Source: Candidatus Gottesmanbacteria bacterium RIFCSPLOWO2_01_FULL_39_12b (GTDB lineage: Bacteria > Patescibacteriota > Microgenomatia > 2-02-FULL-39-11). From it: a DNA stretch of 64,000 nt. Below the pieces are notes generated by a model. It was not told the DNA's origin. It ran no database searches and saw only the letters and a list, made by a program, of their open reading frames with translations. How positions within the stretch are numbered: the first letter of the stretch is position 1; each line of letters starts with the position of its first letter. This document shows, piece after piece, positions 59,164 to 64,000 of the stretch. A program made the translations under genes and the position numbers. Location of the stretch: contig MFJR01000007.1 in the NCBI GenBank assembly GCA_001780955.1, positions 342,171-406,170 of the forward strand, read 5' to 3'.

Positions 59164-60359
59164 ATCTTAAGAATATTATAATACTTTCGCCTCTCTACTT
59201 TCCAGTTGTGAAGGTTGAAATACTTTAGCGAGTTAATTGTGAGTTTCTTTCTTAGCCTCACGCTTTTCCATAGATCTATGACCGCTTTGGTAAAATCCTC
59301 AGAAGTATTATTTTTCAAGTAATATATAGAGCTGCTGTCAAAGTATTTAACAAGAGACTTTGTCTTTGAAGCAATCACGGGAATCTTCATTTGTATAAAC
59401 TCGAGAAGCTTAACGGGAAAAATACTCTCTGTAAAAACTCCGTTTTGGGCCAAAACTATCCCCACATCTGTCTTTCTTAATTGATCGGCTATTTTTTCTA
59501 AAGGAAGTGGAGAAAGAAATTGGATATAATTCTTTAATTTTGTCCGCCATCCGCCAGCTGGCGGAGCGGATTGAATTTTAATCTTTAAATTCTTAAAATA
59601 TTCTCCTTCATTCTCTAATTTGGGTATGATAATAAACCGGATATGGGGTATCTTTTTTATAAGATCTGGCATCGCCTCAACTGCGACATCAAGGCCGAAC
59701 CTCTTCTCGACTGTTCCCATGTAAAGAAGTGTGAACTGTTGTGGGTTGTGGGTTGTGGGTTGCCTCCCTGCCGGCGAGGCAGGTGGGTTAAAAATCTTTG
59801 GATCGGGGCAGTTTAGAATGACTGATATTTTATCGGCCTCTATTTTATGTCTTGAAAGAAATATTTTTTTAAATTCCTCGTTTGCTGTTAAAATATGATC
59901 GGCAAACTTTAAACTTAACCCTTCTAACCATTTTAACCATTTAACCATTAAACTATTTTCGGGTGTGTGGTATTTAGACATATAAAGCTCGGGCATGGGA
60001 TCATGCATATCCAAAATAATTTTTGCACCAAAGATTTTTGGTAAGACTCCGGAAAAGACCAGAAATTCCGGCATATTATGTACATGGATAACTTTGTATC
60101 GTTTAAAAAAATAAATAAGACTCAAAAATAAAGTAGAGTATATTAAAAATATGATGTACTCAAAAATATTCCACATTTTCCCATACCGCCTTCGGGGCAG
60201 GGGATAGTAAAACAGTTTTATGTTTGACTCTTTCGGATGGTAATTTTCCTTTAAACACAAAATGTCGACAATTATATTCTTTTCCGCCAAAGCTTCCGCA
60301 TATCTTCTGACCCGCGCGTCACGGGAATAGTGGGAATAGACAACCATCGTTATTTTCAT
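59160..60359 (-). CDS. GT-B fold glycosyltransferase (GT4-like) carrying two GC-rich palindromic in-frame segments
   Basis: MKITMVVYSHYSRDARVRRYAEAL, VIHVHNMPEF and LDMHDPMPE. The C-terminal domain carries FPVKLLEFIQMKIPVIAS. Confidence 0.8.
   Translation of the reverse strand: MKITMVVYSHYSRDARVRRYAEALAEKNIIVDILCLKENYHPKESNIKLFYYPLPRRRYGKMWNIFEYIIFLIYSTLFLSLIYFFKRYKVIHVHNMPEFLVFSGVLPKIFGAKIILDMHDPMPELYMSKYHTPENSLMVKWLKWLEGLSLKFADHILTANEEFKKIFLSRHKIEADKISVILNCPDPKIFNPPASPAGRQPTTHNPQQFTLLYMGTVEKRFGLDVAVEAMPDLIKKIPHIRFIIIPKLENEGEYFKNLKIKIQSAPPAGGWRTKLKNYIQFLSPLPLEKIADQLRKTDVGIVLAQNGVFTESIFPVKLLEFIQMKIPVIASKTKSLVKYFDSSSIYYLKNNTSEDFTKAVIDLWKSVRLRKKLTINSLKYFNLHNWKVERRKYYNILKI
59543..59570. repeat. 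GC-rich nested palindrome inside the GT coding sequence
   Basis: TCCGC-CAT-CCGCCAGCTGGCGG-A-GCGGA. The inner 14 nt are a perfect palindrome. It encodes SAPPAGGWR. Confidence 0.7.
59741..59783. repeat. heptanucleotide tandem repeat (GTGGGTT x3) followed by GC-rich hairpin CCTGCC-GGCGA-GGCAGG, inside the GT coding sequence
   Basis: Read directly. It encodes NPPASPAGRQPTTHNPQ at the inter-domain linker. Confidence 0.7.
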
Positions 60360-61543
60360 ATTACCTTCTTATATATATCCATTAATTTATCATAATGATC
60401 TTTGGATCCGAAATTTTTCGCCACAAATTCCCTTGCATTCTTTCCTAATTTGCTGCAAAGTATCGGTTTATTCCAGAGTTTCAAGATCTTCTCCCTGCAG
60501 TCTTCGGTATCACCCGGACGAAATAATAAACCGGTCTGATCATCTCTCACTATCTCCGGAATTCCGCCAATATCGCTTACCACCATAGGCTTCCCGCAGG
60601 CGTTTGCCTCTAGTATTGATATCGGAGAAACATCATACCAAAGGGAAGGAAGAACTGTAAATCTGGCATTTCGAATAAGACTCTTTAACTCTTTTCCGTC
60701 TTTAAATCCTATAAATCTGATATTCTGCCGTCTCAATTTTTCAATCTTGTTCTTCAATGCTTGCTCTTCATTACCACGTCCGGCAATCAATAGTTTTAAC
60801 TTAGGAAGCCGACTCATTACATCTATCAGAAAACTTAAACCTTTTTCAGCGGAAAGCCGGCCAAAATATAAAATATAATCTCCATTTCCGTAAGAAGGTG
60901 TGTACGCGTTTGCATCTACAAAGTAGGTAAGATGGGTAATTTTTTTTGGATCAATTCCGAATTCAACAAGTTTGTCTCTCATAAAAAGACTGGGAGCGAT
61001 AAAAAGATCAACCAGGTTTCTTTCCCAACACACAAAATATTGAAAGTATTTCTCCAGAACTTCCAAAAAACTGGCAAGGTAAGAATCCTTTACGCATTTA
61101 TGAGATATTGCCTTATAGAATTTGTCGGGTTTGGTAATTTCGCAGATTTCTCCGTTATGAAAAAGACTTCTATTGGGAGCAATCAGATGATAGTCATGTA
61201 TTGTTTGGACAATGGGAATGCGTCTTCTCTTTAACTCAAGTATGACTGAGGCGGACAGGTGGTGATAAATACTGTGCAGGTGGGAAATATCTGGCGAATA
61301 ATCATCTAATAATTTTATCATTTTCTTTTTTGCTTCAATTGAGTAAAACAATCCGGTTATGGTTCCAATCGGATCATTAACAGCGAAATATTTATCCCAT
61401 TCTGTTTTTTTATTCTCAGGTTGATAGGTCGAAAAATAGGCAACGCGGTGTTTGTGGTTAGCTAATAGTCTGGAAACTTCAATGAAATATCTTGCTGCTC
61501 CACCGCTTACAAAAAAAAACTTGTTTACCTGCAGGATATTCAT
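60356..61543 (-). CDS. GT-B fold glycosyltransferase (GT4-like), paralog B
   Basis: MNILQVNKFFFVSGGAARYFIEV. It aligns along its whole length with paralogs A and C, at roughly 50% identity by eye. Confidence 0.85.
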   Translation of the reverse strand: MNILQVNKFFFVSGGAARYFIEVSRLLANHKHRVAYFSTYQPENKKTEWDKYFAVNDPIGTITGLFYSIEAKKKMIKLLDDYSPDISHLHSIYHHLSASVILELKRRRIPIVQTIHDYHLIAPNRSLFHNGEICEITKPDKFYKAISHKCVKDSYLASFLEVLEKYFQYFVCWERNLVDLFIAPSLFMRDKLVEFGIDPKKITHLTYFVDANAYTPSYGNGDYILYFGRLSAEKGLSFLIDVMSRLPKLKLLIAGRGNEEQALKNKIEKLRRQNIRFIGFKDGKELKSLIRNARFTVLPSLWYDVSPISILEANACGKPMVVSDIGGIPEIVRDDQTGLLFRPGDTEDCREKILKLWNKPILCSKLGKNAREFVAKNFGSKDHYDKLMDIYKKVI

Positions 61544-62727
61544 ACTAGTTTATTATATAGCGCCATTATCTTTTCATAATGCTCTTGCCAACCATATTTT
61601 TTTTCAACTGATTCCCTTCCATTCTTCCCCATATTCTTGATTAACACCGGATTACTCCATAACTTCAGGATTTTCTCTTTGCAGTCATCGGTATTTCCCG
61701 GGTCAAAAAGAAATCCGTTAATTCCATCTTTTATTATTTCAGGAATTGCACCGATTTTGGAAGCAAGAACCGTCCTCCCGGATGCAAAAGACTCAAGTAT
61801 AGACATCCCAAAAACCTCATACCAAAGCGAGGGAAGTATCGTAAACTGACAGTTACGGATAAGGTCTCTAAGTTCTATTCCGTCTTTGAAACCTAAGAAT
61901 TTAATGTTAGTTAAGTTTAACTTTTCGACTTTCTTTTTTAAATTTTCCTCTTCATCACCGCGACCGACTATCAGAAGCTTTATCTTAGGGAGTTGTGACA
62001 TCACCATAATCAGAAAACTTAAACCCTTTTCCTCAGATAATCTTCCGAAGTAGAGAATATAGTCTCCACCTCCAGAGTTAGGCTGATAATCAGTATGGTC
62101 TATAAAATGGGGCAAATTTATTATCTTTTCCGCTTCAACTCCATATTCAATCAGCTTATTTTTCATAAAATAACTGGGAGCGATAAAGAGATCAACCAGA
62201 TTTCTTTCCCAGCCTAAATAGTATTGAAAGTATTTACCGATAACCTCCATAAAAGTATATAAATACGAATTGTTTCTGCACTTATGTACTACTCCCTTAT
62301 AAAATAAATTCTGTTTGGTTATCTCGCAGATTTTTCCGTTATGAAAGAGGTTGTAGTTGAGAGAGATGAGGTGGTAGTCGTGAACGGTCTGAATAACAGG
62401 GATGTTTCTTTTTTTGAGTTCCAGAAGAAGAGAGGGAGAAAGTTGATGGTAAATAGTATGAAGATGGGCAATATCAGCAGGAAATTCATCTAATAGCTTT
62501 GACAATTTATGATTGACTTCATATGAATAAAACAGGCGGTCAAGTGTCCTGTGAGAGAAAGGGCTAGCAAAATATTTTGACCAATTGCTTTTATTATTTT
62601 TTTCATCAAGCATGGAAAAGAATCCCACTTTGTGACCTTTGTGGGCTAATAGTTTAGACACCTCAAAGAAATAGCGGGAGGAACCGCCCCTTAAATAAAA
62701 GAATTTATTTAGCTGTAATATACGCAT
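61540..62727 (-). CDS. GT-B fold glycosyltransferase (GT4-like), paralog C
   Basis: MRILQLNKFFYLRGGSSRYFFEV and YEVFGMSILESFASGRTVLASKIGAIPE. Confidence 0.85.
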   Translation of the reverse strand: MRILQLNKFFYLRGGSSRYFFEVSKLLAHKGHKVGFFSMLDEKNNKSNWSKYFASPFSHRTLDRLFYSYEVNHKLSKLLDEFPADIAHLHTIYHQLSPSLLLELKKRNIPVIQTVHDYHLISLNYNLFHNGKICEITKQNLFYKGVVHKCRNNSYLYTFMEVIGKYFQYYLGWERNLVDLFIAPSYFMKNKLIEYGVEAEKIINLPHFIDHTDYQPNSGGGDYILYFGRLSEEKGLSFLIMVMSQLPKIKLLIVGRGDEEENLKKKVEKLNLTNIKFLGFKDGIELRDLIRNCQFTILPSLWYEVFGMSILESFASGRTVLASKIGAIPEIIKDGINGFLFDPGNTDDCKEKILKLWSNPVLIKNMGKNGRESVEKKYGWQEHYEKIMALYNKLV

Positions 62728-62732
62728 ATAAA

Positions 62733-63917
62733 TTAAGCCGTAACAAGCATTGCCGCGTAGAGAAAGAATAATCTCAACAGAGGTTTTGGGAAAGTAGGCA
62801 TAAACATACTTGCAAATAAAAACAGAATAATTCCTGAAGCTGACATGACGATTACGGTTGAATTCTTTTTATTTATTTTGCTTATATATTCTCTCCAAAG
62901 AGAATATAAAAAGATCATAAAAATTATTAAGGCGGGTATTCCCAGACTGGTAACAATCTGGAAAAATAAATTATGGATGTCGCTTATTTTTGACGGGCGG
63001 ATATTATAAAACAAATCTGTCTGAGGAAAGTAAGGGGCGATCTCAATGTATCGGTTTATACCAACCCCAAATAATGGAGACTTGACTATCATCGGTATTG
63101 CTTCTTCTATGGCTTTGATCCTCGCGTCTAAACTATTACCGGGTTCCAGAACAGCAGTCACAGTCGAAAGACGAAATGAGATTTGAGGCCATAAAAGACT
63201 TAAGATTAAAACAAACAGAAAAACGCCTGATATAAAATACCTTGTTTTGCGAAAAAGCAGTTTTTTAAAGTTTCTAATCAAAACCAAAACAAATAAGATT
63301 ATGGTCAAACCGAGGGCGACCCGGCTGTAAGTAACTAATATTGTAAACGTTAGAAGAGCCAGTATTAGAAGGTATAGATATGGTTTTTTCTTTAAACTGG
63401 TGCTTTCGTAACTTATTAAAATAACCGGAAGCAGCGTGACAAGCAAAATTCCTAAATTATTGGGGTGACTCGTGGTGCCGGAAGCTCTAAAAAGTGATAT
63501 ATTTTCTCCTGAAACAATCCCAAACGGATCTGAATAAACATATTCTTCGGCAAAAATTCCGACCGGATGCTGCAGTACAAACTGAAGAATTGCCAACGTC
63601 GATTCATAGGTAAGAATTAAGATAAAGATCCACATAATGTAGGGTATTATTTTTTTCTCCAAAAGCATCAGACGGGCTAAGAAATAAAATAAAATCATTA
63701 CTGTTAATTGAACTACGCCATATAGAGAAACAAAGTAGGTATTTTTAAATACGAGACCAACGAGAGCGTATATATAAAAAATGACGAGAAATAAATCAGG
63801 TTTTTTTATCACAAATGGAGAAGGTTTAATTAATAATAAAAGACTTAGTAGGACGGTGCTTATCGTAAATGGAATTAATCCATAGGCTGACGAGTAACCG
63901 GATTCTTGCGATATCAT
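62733..63917 (-). CDS. O-antigen ligase/polymerase (Wzy_C) family membrane protein
   Basis: Polytopic, with DIHNLFFQIVTSLGIPALIIF. It is the first gene of the GT operon. Confidence 0.75.
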   Translation of the reverse strand: MISQESGYSSAYGLIPFTISTVLLSLLLLIKPSPFVIKKPDLFLVIFYIYALVGLVFKNTYFVSLYGVVQLTVMILFYFLARLMLLEKKIIPYIMWIFILILTYESTLAILQFVLQHPVGIFAEEYVYSDPFGIVSGENISLFRASGTTSHPNNLGILLVTLLPVILISYESTSLKKKPYLYLLILALLTFTILVTYSRVALGLTIILFVLVLIRNFKKLLFRKTRYFISGVFLFVLILSLLWPQISFRLSTVTAVLEPGNSLDARIKAIEEAIPMIVKSPLFGVGINRYIEIAPYFPQTDLFYNIRPSKISDIHNLFFQIVTSLGIPALIIFMIFLYSLWREYISKINKKNSTVIVMSASGIILFLFASMFMPTFPKPLLRLFFLYAAMLVTA

Positions 63918-64000
63918 TTGACTACGACTTGGACCTACCGAATAAGGAATCGATGCGATACAGATAAGGAAAATGGCTTGATATATGTTTTTAACTTGAA

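Noticed and set aside
1-64000. A search for tRNA, rRNA, CRISPR arrays and transposases across the window.
   Set aside because: I saw no cloverleaf-type T-arm motifs (GGTTCGAATCC-like), no rRNA-like conserved blocks, no regularly spaced repeats, and no DDE/HUH/recombinase-like ORFs in the six-frame track.

Overview
This is a 64-kb AT-rich, densely coding bacterial chromosomal window with about 60 credible genes, many joined by 1-4 nt start/stop overlaps. I found no rRNA, tRNA, CRISPR array, transposase or integrase. (i) 1-22 kb is housekeeping. It holds infC(partial)-rpmI-rplT, then one compact operon (1113-10441) encoding all seven shikimate steps plus chorismate mutase, prephenate dehydratase, prephenate dehydrogenase and an aminotransferase. 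After that come pheS-pheT, a class A PBP, tyrS, recG and rpmF-nusB-rnc-rpsP-KH-trmD. (ii) 22-28 kb is a minus-strand type IV pilus assembly operon: giant secreted protein, PilX-like protein, PilM, PilN-like, PilO-like. (iii) 28-64 kb is an AT-richer accessory envelope region. It contains four O-antigen-ligase (Wzy_C)-family membrane proteins (two with TPR tails), six GT-B glycosyltransferases, AsnB, a beta-helix protein, three Thr-nucleophile alkaline-phosphatase-superfamily enzymes, a HEPN/MNT pair, an AbiEii-like pair and a DUF2283 pair. Two loci stand out. (a) At 31.1-36.6 kb there is a PqqD-type peptide-chaperone gene, an S26-peptidase::nucleotidyltransferase fusion, an HprK-like kinase, a UPF0489-like/TPR protein and a small Cys-rich ORF, with no recognisable RiPP core enzyme. 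(b) At 51.9-57.6 kb there is a very divergent 1098-aa SecA-like ATPase next to a 771-aa signal-peptide-less bitopic surface protein, and this pair splits two paralogous glycan-assembly modules. Several genes have sigma70-like promoters that abut the start codon, suggesting leaderless mRNAs. The gene style (PT linkers, Wzy_C-TPR fusions, no rimM/rplS by trmD) resembles Patescibacteria/CPR (Microgenomates-like), but that taxonomic guess is inference only. All functional calls rest on motifs read by eye from the translations; no database search was run.
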